Position numbers and translations under genes: made by a program. The notes under the pieces are model-generated. The model worked only from the letters and a program-made list of their open reading frames with translations, was not told where the DNA came from and searched no databases. A stretch of 64,000 bases of DNA from Vicugna vicugna. Lineage: Eukaryota. Shown here piece after piece: positions 13,384 to 26,708 of the stretch. How positions within the stretch are numbered: the stretch's first letter is position 1; every line of letters begins with the position of its first letter. Where the stretch lies: contig MU058226.1 in NCBI GenBank assembly GCA_013265495.1, positions 768,741 through 832,740 on the forward strand, read 5' to 3'.

Positions 13384-13479
13384 TCCTCCCCCCGATCCCC
13401 TCTCACTGTGGGGGAAAGCATCTCATTCACCTCAACCTCAAGGACTCCTCCCTTCATCCCTTCAGTACTTGCTCATCTC

Positions 13480-14720
13480 CCAGGGCTGGAACTGAAGCCA
13501 TTGGGTAGATTGTTCTTTGCTTCCTTGACCAACCCCTAAATACTCTAGATCACACCATTAGTATGTCCTCAGCCTCAGTCTCAGAAACCAGGTAACATCT
13601 TATTCCAGCTCAATCGCTCTTCCTGGCCTTAAACTCTACCCTCCCTCTTCATCCCGAGACCACATGGTGTCAATCATCCTCTCTCTTGCCAGTATCATCA
13701 CGCACCCCCTCTCCACTGCCTCCTTCCTCTTCTTCCTACTCTTAAAAGAAACAAAATGGAAAAAAGAAGCCTTCATTTTTGCTTTTGCTATCTTCTTTTT
13801 CCCTTCTCAGTAAACTCTTCAAAAGACTCATTTCTACCACTTTCTGTCGGAGGCTGGGTTCTCTAGAAGCAGAAGCCAGGAAGGAGTCTGGGGTGCAAGA
13901 CGCTGGTTAGGAATCAACACCTGTGAAGCGAAGGACCAGGAAGCAGGACAGGGCAGAAGGAGGAGTTACACTGGGCTTCAGGCCTGGCAAAGCCTCGGAT
14001 AACTCCGTGGAGAGCTTGGAGCAGGTATCACCTATCAGAGCAAAGACAGGTCTGGCCAAAACAGCCAGATCTTTATACCCTGGCCCTGCTCAGTCACCAC
14101 ATGGAACTGCCCAGAGAAAGGAGGACCACGAAGGAGCTGACAGCTGGTGATCGTCGGTGCACCTCCGTGTCTGCCACACTCTCCTTACTTCTAATCCCTC
14201 TCGGCACCACGGAAATATACCTCCTGTCTCCACTTTGATTCCAGTCATCTCATCCTTTGCCCCGCTCCAGATCCAAAGGGCTCATTTTGGTTCTTATCTT
14301 ATAGCAGAAACCCTACTTCATCCATTTGGGGTTGATTAATTCTCTCTCTCTCTTTCAGAGGCCTTGACTCCCTTGATTTCCATAATGACTTCCTCGCTGA
14401 CCTCTTCCTAACCTCTCAGCTGTCCCTCCCTGGCCATCAGGGGTCTTGGCCTCCCCTCACCACCTAAGTGTCGGGACTTCATCTTCAGTCCATCCTCCTC
14501 CTCACACCCTCCCAGGGTGACCTTGCCCACTGTCAGCTCTTTAATATCCATTTGCACGCAATGACTCTGAAATCTACTCTCCAGCCTACTCTCTCCCTCC
14601 AAAGCTTCCGATGTTCATGTACAGTTGGTTGCTAGACGTCTCCATGCTAACACTATCAGAACGGGGAGGTCCTGCTTCTCCTTTCCTGCCATGTTCCCAT
14701 CCTGGAAAAGAGTCTTTTTC
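13480..14720 (+). mobile_element. L2 LINE ORF2 fragment, interrupted by an LTR
   Basis: Pyrimidine-rich L2 motifs such as atgactctgaaatctactctccagcc and gctagacgtctcca. Confidence 0.65.
13845..14170 (-). mobile_element. ERVL LTR (LTR16-like)
   Basis: tgtc..gggttctctagaagcagaagcc..ggaagcaggacagggcagaagga resembles the LTR16 3' end reversed. Confidence 0.65.
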
Positions 14721-16594
14721 CAGTGCAGGAATTGAGGGATCTTTTGAACCTGTTCCATCAAATTTCTTTTCTAGACAGCTAAACTTGCACAATCCTGTTG
14801 GGGCACGTGTATGAAAGCACTTTGAACAATAGCAAGGATTCTACAATTGGAAACTTGCATTTCTGATATATAAATAGCTGATGCTGGGTGCTGAAGCAAA
14901 AAAAAAAAAACCCACATTCATCACTTCTTCTCTGATCACACCCTCCTCTTACCTAACCAGGTGTGAACCTCTGACTCAGTGGGTCCCCAGGAAATAGTTA
15001 TTCAGAACTTCCTTATTAAAGGGAATGAGAGGTGGTAGTGACTTCTTTTATAACATGCGTTTCTCCTAAAGAAAAGTGTTCTCCAAGCAGGTGGTTTTTA
15101 GCCATGACTTTTATTTCCTGTCCCGTACCCATGGGGGCAGAGGTCTTTCCCAAGGAAAATGATCTCCACTTTCTTTAAATGTATCATGCTTGGTGTATGT
15201 CTGTCCTTTCTTCCGAAATTGGAACTTCCGGTTGAATTCAATGAATACATATCAAGCAAGTACAATGTGCCAAGGGAGGGCTGAGTACAAGACAATTCCT
15301 GCCTTAAGGAATCTGAAGGGTGGAGCAGGGAGTAAGTCTGATGCAAGCACATGCCGGTTTGCTGATGATCTCAGAAGCTGTAGGAACTAAGAGCTGCGGG
15401 GTTGGGGAGAAGGGAAACGTCTCCATCCAAGGTGGCTTCATAAAGGCTTCTGAGACAGATTTCAAGAGTGAGTATAAGACAGAAATAAGCAAGAAAAAGT
15501 GATGACACATAAGGACTAGAGAGAAAAGAGTGACCAATGGCAAAAGGCTCTTAGAAGATCTTAAGAGAATTGCAAAATAGAGACTAATAGGAAACATCCT
15601 TGTAGCTAAGGTCAAATACTGAGACTATAGAAATACCCTGGGAGATAGTGAGAAACAAGGTCATGGGAGAAAGGTTATTAAAACACCATTATTATCATTA
15701 TTATTATAAGGAGGTGGGTAGTCGAGGCAAAATCATTGCCCCATTTCCCTTCAAAGACCTCCACTTACACTCCACCTCTTTTGGAACTTCCCTTTCTCGC
15801 TGTTATGGGCAAGATGGGTCTTAGTGGCTCCGAGACCCCACGTCCAGCCAGTTCCCCAAGGAAGGCAGTGCTCACTAGGGAAGAGATTGCTGCTGTGTTG
15901 ACCCATCTCTCCCAGTTTGGTGGACTATTGTCCTTCGTGTTGCCTGAGTGGGTACCTTCCACCTACCTATCCCAGGTGTAACTAAGTGAGAACACTCTTT
16001 CTAGTTCTCTGTCTTAAATGAAGGAAGTGAGGTTTCATGGGGATAAAAATGCTCAGGGTCTGGTGACCTCCCAAGGTGAGCTCACCAGCAAATGTTCCCA
16101 ACTCCCATTGGGAAGACCTTGAAAAACCTGAGGCATTCCTGAAGTTCCTGAGGTCATGAGGAATGCTGATAATACTTATAATTGCTAATGAAGTTGGGGT
16201 TTTTAAATTTTTGTTTTATTTTATTTCATTTTATTTTTAATTGAAGTGTAGTCAGTTTACAATAATGTGTTAATTTCTGGTGGAAAGCACAGGGATGAGG
16301 TTGGGGCTTTTAACACAACATGCCTGCAAAGAAGTTACCAGTTCCCTGAGATGATGGAGGAGGAGACTGGAGCTCAAAGATGCTATGTCCAGTCCTCCCA
16401 CAGAGAAGCAGGGGCTGAGTCTGGTTTCCCAGAGGCCCTGGCAGCACCTAAGGGAGTGGGTAACATGGGTACCTCTTGTATATATTTATGGATTTTGCAT
16501 CTAGGAAGTAATTTGGGGAAGCAGCACTTTAAGGCAGGACTACATCAGACACTGTTTACTGAAGCTCCAAACAAGACAACATAGAGAGAGGGTG

Positions 16595-17080
16595 TCCTGG
16601 TTGAAGTTGTGTTTGGCTTAATCAATTAGGAGTTTATTTTTCTTATAAAATATTCAAGGAGACTGGAGAAGACAGCCAGGGCTGACATAGCTGCTCAAAG
16701 AAGTCACCAAGAATCCAACCTCCTGCTATGTCCTTATGTCTATCCTTCTACCTCATGAGGGCAAAGTGGCTGCTCCCGCCTCTGACATCACATCTACATT
16801 TCAGGCAAAAGAGAAGAGAAAAGAACAACAAAAGGCATGTTGCAACCGAATTTATCTCCCCCCCCCCCACCAAATCAATCAGAAAAGCAATTGTATTCCT
16901 GAAAGCCCCATCAAGTCAACCTCTGCTGATGACTCATTAGCCAAATAGTCACGTGGCCACCTCTAGATGCAAGGGTTCTAAGGAAGCGTTTTCAAGCACA
17001 TGGACACCCAGACAGGATTGAGGAGGCGCCACTGTTGAGGGAGAGGAGGATAAGGGAGTTTGACGTGGCAACCAGCTCTG
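16595..17080 (-). mobile_element. Old MaLR LTR (MLT1K/L-like)
   Basis: catcacatctacatttcaggca and gtcacgtggccacctctagatgcaagg motifs. Confidence 0.65.
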
Positions 17081-18152
17081 CCTCCCAGAGTATGTCAAGG
17101 TATACAGCCCAGTGACGAGATGGAGGAGGCTGCTGAGAAAGGACATTCTGAGCAGATGAGGAGGAGGGGATATATGAGTAATTCTCCATTTGAGCTGCAG
17201 GCACCTACATGACTTGTTCTCCTGTTCCTGTGGATGACATGAGGCTGACGTGGAGAGATCAGGTGGTTTCACTCGCCCCAGGCCACTGAGAGAGTTAGTA
17301 GCAAAGCAAGAACTCACACCATTTCCTAATTCCAAGCCTGGGTTCTTTCCACTACCCTATGTATTGGCAAACTATGTTCAACTGACACTTAGAGAGCTAC
17401 CGAGATGCCTGAGGGGCTCTGATGAGTATCTGGGCAGGTACACAGTGGGCAGGGCTCCACCCCACCGCCTTCTGCACCCAGAAGCTCCTCCTTCGTTGTT
17501 TTTAATATAGTGAGCTTCTCTATGAGACTTAATTTGATACACGGGCTAACCTGTCATTTTTTAAAAACGAGTCTGCTCTTTAACTATTCAGTACTTCCAT
17601 TATTCGTTGTGCATTTTAAGATTGGATTATTTCATACCTTCACAGGTTTAAGTTGGAAGGAGCGGCCAGTGCACGTGGGGCTCCACAAACAGCTCATCCC
17701 AGTTTGATGTTGGTATCAGAAGACGTCACTCTCTAAAATGGAATTAAAATGAGGAAGGCTGAGGTCAGTCACCTGCAGAGGCAATTAGGAAATGCGTCAT
17801 GAGCTAGGCTGCGACCTCCCTGAGTGTCCCTCAGTGGAGCACAGCGTAGGCTGTACCCCGTGGGCACTGGCTGCATCTCACTCACAGCAGCAGTCTGGGG
17901 AGGCAGGGAGATGGCTTCCTAACAGAAGGTGTCAGTCTGAAGAAAAGAACAGAAGGTGTCTGTCTTCAGCTTACTTTCATTCCATAGTCAAACATTGACT
18001 GGATGGAGGAAAGAAGGAAGAGAAGGGTATGGGGTGGTTCAGTGACGATGCACAGATCTCTGGCTTTCAAGACAAGCAGGGGTGAAATCTACTGACCCGC
18101 ATACAGGAGAGGAGGCGGCAGCCAGCCCACAGGAAGCCTTTGTGTGCATTTT

Positions 18153-18262
18153 ATTTTATTTTTTTCAGGTTTTTTTTTTTTTTTATGGAGGTACTGGGGA
18201 TTGAACCCAGGACCACGTGCATGCTAAGCATGCTCTCTACCACTAAGCTATACCCTCACCCT
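18153..18262 (-). mobile_element. Camelid SINE (vic-1 type), short form
   Basis: Family consensus on minus strand; TSD tgtgtgcatttt. Confidence 0.92.
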
Positions 18263-18883
18263 CTGTGTGCATTTTAAGGACTCCTCAGGGTGAATAAATA
18301 GGAAAAGGCACTTCCTCTGGGCACAGGCAGCCCATAGGCATACAAGCTTGGCAACAAAGGGCCCCTTCCTCTAGGCAAACAGCCCACACACTATGCCGGG
18401 GAGGCCAAGGGAGATGAGCACCGGCTGGAATTCAGCCCTACACATCACCTTTATGAGTTCACAGGCAGGGCCTTCAGGGCCAGCTCTCCCTGCGCCTCTG
18501 GTTACCTGTTGGGGTGAACGGGCCCGCATTCTATGCATCAAAGCATTTCCAGCTCCAGACAACGTCAGCCCTGGAAGGGAGAAGGAAGGGGCATGGAGAG
18601 GCTTCCTCCCTCTTCTTTTTTTGGTGTGTGGACACAGGTTCACACGCACACATGCACACACAGATCGACACATGCATGCAGTGTGCACAAACACAGACGG
18701 GGGCCTGGAGGGTAGGTTTAAGCCACTGAATATTTCAGTAAGAAAAATAATGCCTAAAAATGGGACAGTTGGCAGACTTGGGGTAGGTGGGTCTTATTAC
18801 TCACAATTCCTGGAATTATATTGCAATTATATCTTAGAAGTCCAACAAATAAACAGTAAGTATAGAATTAAGGAATCACAGTG

Positions 18884-18912
18884 AGGTGAAGTTCACATTG
18901 AGGTGAAGTTCA
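18884..18912 (+). promoter_or_regulatory. Candidate composite nuclear-receptor element (DR0-DR5-DR0)
   Basis: AGGTGA AGTTCA cattg AGGTGA AGTTCA. Confidence 0.35.
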
Positions 18913-19846
18913 AGGAAGCTGATGTTACTCACAGAGTAAATAAAGTAGAAAGCTGGGACCTCCCTATGTGCAGAGGGCCCTGGTGAAGAGTCTCACGGAT
19001 GATCTCTGAAGCTCCAAGCATTCAAAGAGAGGGCATCAGACAGCCATCTTGCGGTGCCCCAAATTCCCTTCTCCCATTCCTCCTTCTCACAGAACCCGTT
19101 TTATTTCAATTAGCAATACTCCTCTGCCTTAAATTTTTTTTATTCTCAACCTCTCATCCAGGAAGGAGTAGCTGTGTGACAGAGTTCTGGCCAAGGGAGT
19201 GTCAGCCTAAGTGACTGAACGGACCTGCAGAAGAGTTCTCTTCTAGAGCCGACCCTCCAGGCTTGGGTCCCTTTAGCCCTTTCCTCTCCTACTTCTCCCT
19301 GCCAGAAACACAAACGTGCTGGTCTGAGTTCCAGCAGTCACCCCAAGAGCATTTATTCATTGACTCAACAAAGACATGCTGTTCTCCATGCTGGGGAATC
19401 AGCATGAAAAAAACAGACAGCAATCCCTACCCTCACTGAGCTGACAGTCTGGTTGGGGGAGACAGACCATAAACAAGTAGACACATGTATGTAGTATGTC
19501 AGAATGTCTAAGTGTCAAGGAGGAAAATAAATTAGGCTATGAGGTTCTTGATGCAGGACAGAGTCAGCCCTATAGATGATGGTTCAGGCGGCTGGAGGGA
19601 GCCAGGTTCCTGCTAAGCTATTAGGAGCCCCTTTCTGTCCTTGAGAGTCATTTTAAATGTGGGAAAATATTCTCCTAATTTGTTTATGTCACTGTTTTTC
19701 AGGTTTCTGTTACTACTAAGGAAATGCCATCCCCCAGCTGATAATGACCCTAAAAGAAGGCTGTCTTTTGTCTGGCTCAGTGAGTTTCTCAAATCTCATC
19801 CACATGAATAGGTTGACACAGACAGCAAGATGAATAATAGCTTCTT

Positions 19847-20003
19847 TTTTTTTTAATTTTTATTGAAGTGTAGTTGACTTACAATGTTATTTTCAGGTGT
19901 ACAGCAAAGTAATTCAGTTATACATACACATACATATATATTTTTTCTTTTCAGATCCTTTTCCATTATATGTTATTATAAGAAACTGAATATAGTTCCC
20001 TGT
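19847..20003 (-). mobile_element. 5'-truncated L1 tail
   Basis: Poly(T) then attgaagtgtagttgacttacaatgtt..aatatagttccctgtg; TSD ga(a/g)taatag(c/a)ttctt. Confidence 0.88.
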
Positions 20004-20275
20004 GAGTAATAGATTCTTGATCAAGTAACTGCGCTCACCTTCTTCTAGGTCCACACACAAAACACTGTTGTAAAATACAATGTTTTTTCACAGACCTTTT
20101 CTGAAAGACTGAAGGCTGAAACAGTTTCAGTAGTAGACTTGAAGTTATTTAACCTTACAGCAATGCATTAAATACTAATCTTCATATGAACAGAAGGTGG
20201 GAGGAGGATGTACAATGGAGAAAGAGGTGAGAGGGAGAAAAAGCCGGAGAGGGAGACCTGAGTCTTTGTCTATAG

Positions 20276-20743
20276 CAAAGGTTGCAAACTGCCTGCCAGG
20301 GCAAAACAGGAAATGCTAATGACGTCATAGCATGCTAGGGGTGAGAAAAACAAGGCTCTTTCTGTCTCTTTGTTTTCCCACTTTGGAGTAAACATGTGGG
20401 TAGGGACTAAGCTTTCTCTGCTAGAAGAAAAACAGCTGTTCAAGCTAAATGATAAATGCCAATTAACATTTCCTTCAGTATTAGTGAGGCTGGGGACACC
20501 AAATGGACTCTAGTGACATGAAAGGGAGAGCTGCCATCCAGCTCCACTGTCACCAGGAATGAATGTGGGCCCCACCATGCCAGGTAGTCTGAATTCTTAA
20601 AATCTAGAAATCTGGATTTTTATGTGCAATCTCCCATTTTTAAATGTTGGGAATGCATTCAATATTTTTAAATAAACATCCTGCTAGCAAATTACATGTT
20701 TCTGCAGATATTCAGGCAGCAGGCCATCGGTTGGCACCCTCTA
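20276..20743. mobile_element. hAT-Charlie non-autonomous DNA transposon (subfamily uncertain)
   Basis: TIR-like ends caaaggttgcaaac and ggttggcaccctct; internal aatctggatttttatgtg..ctcccatttttaaatgttgg. Confidence 0.55.
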
Positions 20744-20769
20744 GTATAGTGAGGGGTTGGGATAAGTTG

Positions 20770-21000
20770 CCATTGCAAAGAAAAGTAAGGAAAAGCAAGG
20801 AGCTGTCTGAAAGTAGGTAAGGAAGAGGGGGAGGTGGAAAAGAAAAGACCAAAGATGGTGAGATAAAAAGAGGGGAAAAAAAAATAAAGAGGAAAAATGT
20901 TGAAGAATGAGAGCAAGAGGTTGGGAAGCAGTGAAGAAAAGAGGAAGAAGGCAGAGAAGATGGAGAAGAACATATGAAAGGGAGGATATTTGAAAAGATA
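20770..21000. repeat. GA-rich low-complexity tract
   Basis: Nearly pure purine strand; explains the Phe/Ser/Leu-rich minus-strand ORFs. Confidence 0.8.
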
Positions 21001-21409
21001 GGATTTAGTAGGGCTGCTATAGGTAGAGGGTGGGGATTTAGAGTCATTCAACAGAGAGACAAGAATATGCAGGCACTGGGGGCGAACAGTGGCTCTACAT
21101 GGTGGAAGAGAAGACCACAAATTTCTCAGCCTTTGGCCATCGCTTTTTCTTTTGATAGTCAGATAACTCAGGCTCCCACTTTTCTACAACTGCAGGAAGT
21201 CCAGAGCCCTAATCCAGGAAGTGCCGCCATTTTCCTGGTCAATATCACCTTCTCCTTTCTCTCACCGTCTCCCTGTGGGGGTCTAGCTTCTTCAGCCCCT
21301 CCCTTCCTTTACAAGCTGACAATGGGCTAGGCATCAACTCAGTGGAGGCTTAAACCATGGATAAGCCAGTCAAGAAACAGAATTATAGCCCAGAACACAG
21401 GAAAAGGTA

Positions 21410-21879
21410 TATTACAGAACCAAACTTGTGTCTGGTGGCCCAGCGCAGTAAAGTCAATCTACTAACCCCGGGTTGTGGTGAAAGAAAGAGCAGCATTTAT
21501 TGTAAAAGTGCCAGTCCAAGGAGGACAGGTGGCTCGTTCTCTAAAACCTCAAACTCCCTGAAGGGTTTCAGCAAAGCATTTTTAAAGGCAAGGTGAGGGA
21601 GGGGGGTCATAGAGTATGTGATCAGCTCGTGCACAACTCTCTGGTTGATGGTGAGGTAACGTATCACAAGGATTAACATTATGAATCCTTAGGCCTGGGG
21701 GCTGTGCGCCCAGGGTCCTCAAGTAGTTAGCTTCCATTTGGTGGAGGGTTTTCACTTTTGTAAAACAACTCACAAAATGTGCATCAGGTGCTATCTAGGT
21801 ACTTTAGAGAGGAGCTAAGGCAGAGGGTATGGAGGAAGGGTCTGCCCTGGGAAGGCCCCATGGGGCCTGCTCTGTTACA
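21410..21879 (-). mobile_element. ERV1-type solo LTR
   Basis: Exact 4-bp TSD GGTA (21406-21409 and 21880-21883), tattaca..tgttaca ends, minus-strand AATAAA near 21497. Confidence 0.85.
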
Positions 21880-22084
21880 GGTAGAATTCTGTGTCACAGA
21901 TGACTGCTCCTAAAATGATCTCTGCCCCAGAGCGCCCCACTCCACACAGTTCTCACCTCTCTGCTCAAGGAAGATACGCTTTCTCTTCATTGTGCTCAAC
22001 AATGTAACATCTCTTTGACCAGCCTCTCAGCTCAGACTCTGCCTTAATTTCATATAAGCAAAGGATACATTAAAGAGTTTTCTG

Positions 22085-22265
22085 TAGATAAGCAAGTTTC
22101 TACTGTATAACACAGGGAACGATATTCAGTATCTTGTAGTAACCAATAATGAAAAAGAAGATGAAAAGGAATATACGTATGTATACGAGTGACTGAAACA
22201 TTATGCTGTACACCAGAAATTGATGAAACATTGTAAACTCACTATACTCCAATTTTTAAAAATGG
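22085..22265 (+). mobile_element. 5'-truncated L1 tail
   Basis: cacagggaac..tatcttgtagtaacc..tatgctgtacaccagaaattga. Confidence 0.85.
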
Positions 22266-23489
22266 AAAAAAATTTTGTTTAAGTTTTCTCTCAGGAAAGA
22301 GAAATATTCCCCCAAATAATAATTTTACTGTACCCTAAAGCAGAAAGAAAGAAAGGAAAAAAGAGAGAAAGAAAGAAAAGAAAACAAAACAAAACAGGCA
22401 GCTTGTAGAAGCTGAGGTACTGGAGCAGAAAGAAGAGACAGAGGAGACAGAGCCGAGAAGGTGGAGCAGGGTTTGGAGCTGATGTGGAGACAGGGCTGCT
22501 GTTCAGGCCCCGGAAGGGCTGTGGAATTCAAAGAGCTCCTGCCGTATCCTCGTTGACTGCAGCTTTCCCCTCGGCCAGGCCACACTGTCCAATGGCCGGT
22601 TTATCCTGAATGGCACTCTGGTCCTCCTCAAGGCCTGCGGACATTATTTGCTATTTTCCCTGCTCGCCTGTGTAGCCTTCCAAAGAGCCCACCCCTCCAG
22701 CTACCCTGGGAGTCTCTCTGCTCTCTGCCACCTGAGAGAGCTGAACACCTCCTGCACCTTAGCTTGTTCGTCGAGGACAGTCAGGGCTTTTGTTTGTGTG
22801 TTTGTTTTGTTTTCCAGTTGAAAGCGGGGTTGAGGGTTGGCTATGGAATGGAAGTGTTAAAAATCTGAAGGCTGGAGAAAGAGATGCCCATTCAAAGGCA
22901 GAGAGGGGAGCTCTGTGCAGGTCCTGGCTCTATCAGATGTTATGTTCAGAAAACAAACTATATCTGAAAAAAGAGATAAGTGGCAGAAGGTGACCAGTCA
23001 TTTTCTCACTGATCAAGTTGCTAAAAAATTGAAACCACCCTTGACCTGCAAGTAACCCCTTTTCTGTGCTTCTAAACAGACAGCAACACAGGCCACCTGC
23101 CCAGCACCCTCAGGCCCCACTGCTTTACCCACAAATCTTCCGCTCTTCCCCTGAGCCTCCTCTACTCCTGCCCCTTCCTCTCCACATTCCTTTCCCCCTT
23201 CTTTTCATCTATTCAGTCAGCAACAGATATGTAATGAGTGTCCACCATGTACCAGGCACTGTGCTGGCAATGGAATAAAAGATGACATGCCTGTCCCCCA
23301 GCCACAGAGCCTTACAACCCAGCGTGATGGCTGCAGAGTCTAGAGCCAACCACGCTGCCCACATCTGAGCTCCGTGGGCGTCCGCAGGGGAAGTGGGTCG
23401 GGTCAGTCCCTGATGGAAAAGTGAGCAGAACCACAGGGCGCTGTGAACGTTTCATTATGGAGGCTACAGACCTAGGAGTGTCGAGCCCG

Positions 23490-23660
23490 GAATTCGATGT
23501 GTTATAAACCCAAATCCTGCTACTTACCAACTGAGCAACCTTACCTCTGAGCTTATTTTTCTTTCTGGGAATAACAACCATAGCCGACTAGCAGGTCAAG
23601 ATTAGGTGGTTCATCCCTTGTAAAGCATTTAGCTCTTGGTTGTAGAAAATAGCTAATCAA
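23490..23660 (+). mobile_element. MIR SINE
   Basis: caaatcctgctacttacc..ttacctctgagctt..tgtaaagcatttagc. Confidence 0.6.
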
Positions 23661-24817
23661 CAGGAGGTGGTATAACAACATGGATCTGCCCTGGTTTCTG
23701 TGCGAGCGCACAGGAGGAGAGGGTCCAGCTCCGGATTCCATCCTCCTTCTGCCCTCTTCTCCTCCTCCCTCTGATGCCATTCATCTCCAGGTAGAAAGCA
23801 CTTCCTTATGTGGAAAACACGAGTGGGAGGTGGGTGGAAACAGGAAACGTGGATCACCAACAAAAACTGAGCTGAATGTCCCACACATGTGAACATCCTT
23901 TCACTCCCCCCACACACCCGCCGACCCCCACCCAGCGCGAGGAAGCCATTCTCCACCCCACCCCCAAGCAGAACCAGCCCTCCCAGGCATCTGCACAACA
24001 TGCTCCAGCTTGAATCACTCTCTGGACAGGTCTTTAGCCCATTCTTCCTGAAACCCGAAAGGTCATAACTCCCTTGAACTGCTGGAAAAACATTGTGCAG
24101 AAATCACAGAGTCCAGGAAAGAAAAATAGACAGCAAAATGAAAACAAATACCGAGAGTTGAAAAGATGTTTATTTTGATCCATGTCCAGCTTTGGCAAAC
24201 CTAGAAAAGAATAAAATGTCCAGGAAAAGGCAAGCTAAAGGGAGGCTGGGGGAGGGAGCTAATAATATCAAATTTGAAACTCTGTATGAAAAAAAAAATT
24301 GATCCATTTATCATAGCATACAAAAGGATAAGGTCCATACAGAATGTTAAAAAAAAAAAAGTGAAACCATGTAATAAGTACTGGGGGAAATGGGTGAATT
24401 TCTCTATAACTTGAGAGTGGAGAAGACTTTTATAACTATGACTAAAAATCCAGCTGCCATTGAAGGAGAAGATGAATAGATCTGACTACATAAAAATGTA
24501 AAAGCAAAAACTTTTATAAGAAAAAACATTATCATAAGCAAAGTAAAATGACAAACATATCACAGACGAGTGGCTAACATCCTCAAAATATGAAGAGCTT
24601 CTAAAAGTAGAGGGAAAAGAACCAACAACTTAAAGGGGAGCTAAATAGGCCACCCCAAAATGTGTCACTTTGGCATGTGGACTGTTTTGAGCTGAAAGCA
24701 ATCAAGACCCAGGAGACTCAGGAAAAGCTTTTTACCTCTCCCTTAACTGCTTAAAAGAGTTTAGATAGGGGGCCTGGCCCAGAAAGAGAGCTATAACCAG
24801 GGAGAGCTTTTTCACCT

Positions 24818-25205
24818 TTATAAAAATTGTTTTTGTTTGTTTGTTGTGGCTTTTTTTTCAGGGGGAGGTAATTAAGTTTATTTATGTTAATGGCAGTACT
24901 TGGGATTGAACCCAGTACCTCACACAAGCTAGGCTAAGCGTGCATTCTAACATTGAGCTACACCTCGCCGCCGCCCCCCCCCCNNNNNNNNNNNNNNNNN
25001 NNNNNNNNNNNNNNNNNNNNNNNNNNNNNNNNNNNNNNNNNNNNNNNNNNNNNNNNNNNNNNNNNNNNNNNNNNNNNNNNNNNNNNNNNNNNNNNNNNNN
25101 NNNNNNNNNNNNNNNNNNNNNNNNNNNNNNNNNNNNNNNNNNNNNNNNNNNNNNNNNNNNNNNNNNNNNNNNNNNNNNNNNNNNNCGCCCCCCCCTCCCC
25201 CGCCA
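24818..25205 (-). mobile_element. Camelid SINE (vic-1 type) whose G-rich head runs into the gap
   Basis: Body 24821-24983; TSD agagctttttca(c/t)ct at 24803-24817 and 25206-25220. Confidence 0.85.
24984..25185. other. Assembly gap (202 N)
   Basis: Run of N. Confidence 1.
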
Positions 25206-26576
25206 AGAGCTTTTTCATCTGAAAGACTCACCTGCTTGGCAGGGCAAACATCTAATGACCAAACATCTGCTCTTCTCAGCCTCCTGTGAATTACCCACCT
25301 CCCCTTCAAGCCCCAGTACCCGAGCTCATTCCTTAGCTCAGGATGGCATATAAGCCTCAATTGCACACTGCCTTTGAGTTTCATATTTTTAAGGGCTCTT
25401 ACATGTCCCAAATTTGTTTTTCCTCTTGTTCATCCACCTTATGTCAATTTCACTATTAGACCAGCCAAAGAACCTAGAAGGGAAGAAGGGAAATTTTTTC
25501 CACTTCCAGACACTCAACATAAAAATTGCAAGAGATGTGAACAAACAGCTCCAGAAAGAAATGTAAAGGACCTCATCACACATACTAAGATGTTCAACTT
25601 GCCTCTCGTAACAAAAATACAAATCAAAACTATACCAAGGTAGTATTTTTTACCTATTAGGTGGGCAAAAATCCAAAAGCTTGTCAACACACTATGCTGG
25701 CAAAGCTGTGGGGAAGAAGACATTCAAGTACACTGTTGATGGGAATGCAAAACGAGGCAACTCCTACAGAGGGGAATTTAGTTGGCAATAACTAGCAAAG
25801 TTACATATACATTTCCTTTTTGGTCCAGCAATACCACTTCTTGGAAGCTATCCCAAAAAATCACTGACAAAAATACAGAAAGTGTTTGCATAAGGTTATT
25901 TATTGCAGCCCTGTTTGTAACAGCAGAAGACTAGAAACAACTCAAATGTCTAACAATAGGGGGCTGGCTGAATTAAATATGAAATACTGTGGAGCATAAT
26001 AAAAGGAATGAAAAAGCGACCCCTACATATTGCCATGGAGTGATGACCAGTGTACATTTTGAAGTAGAAAAAGCAAAATGAAACTGTGTGTAGATCTGTC
26101 AACTTAAAAAATAATATTTTTAAATACTATATATCTCATCAGCCAAAAGCTTTTTAAAATGGCTATCTATGGAGGAAGGAGGAAACAGAGTGAGGAGATA
26201 GGGACAGAAACTAGGTTTCTCTGATGTACCTTGTTTTGTAGATCTGAATTCAAAACTATGTAAATATTTTATGTAAGTAAAACAAAATTAACTTGAAAAA
26301 GCATTTCCTAAAAATCAAAAGCAAGATAAAACAAAAGAATCTATCCACACAGGGAGTTAGTGGTATGATCACAGACAGAACTATTTCAAGCAACTTTAAA
26401 CCACAGTAATTTTACTGTCTATCCCTAGTGAGATATACTTTGTCAATTAATGGTGACCAGCTGAGAGGTAAAGCAAATATTGATGTGTTTGGGAACTGAG
26501 ATATTTGCTTGGGAGAAAGAACAGTTGTAAGATATTTGAAGTTACATAAAACGAGATTTTCTATTTTGAATTGAAA

Positions 26577-26708
26577 GGGGGAAGGTATAGCTCTAGTGGT
26601 AGAGTACATGCCTAGCATACAGAAAGTCCTGGGTTCAATCCCCAGTACCTCCTCTAAAACAATAAATAAAGAAACCTAATTACCTCCCTCTACAAACAAA
26701 CAAAAAAC
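26577..26708 (+). mobile_element. Camelid SINE (vic-1 type), long form
   Basis: Family consensus; TSD aattgaaa. Confidence 0.92.

Larger units (their letters stand above)
24630..25512 (+). mobile_element. MER34-like ERV1 solo LTR containing a SINE and the gap
   Basis: gccaccccaaaatgtgtcactttggcat..ttttgagctgaa start; ccagccaaagaacctagaaggg..ttttccacttccagaca end. Confidence 0.8.

Noticed and set aside
17921..17965. Short direct repeat aacagaaggtgtc(a/t)gtct
   Set aside because: Two copies only; ordinary micro-duplication, not a CRISPR-like array
20692..21120. Hydrophobic membrane-protein-like ORF
   Set aside because: Artefact of a GA-rich low-complexity tract
24940..25411. ORFs spanning X runs
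   Set aside because: Created by the N gap
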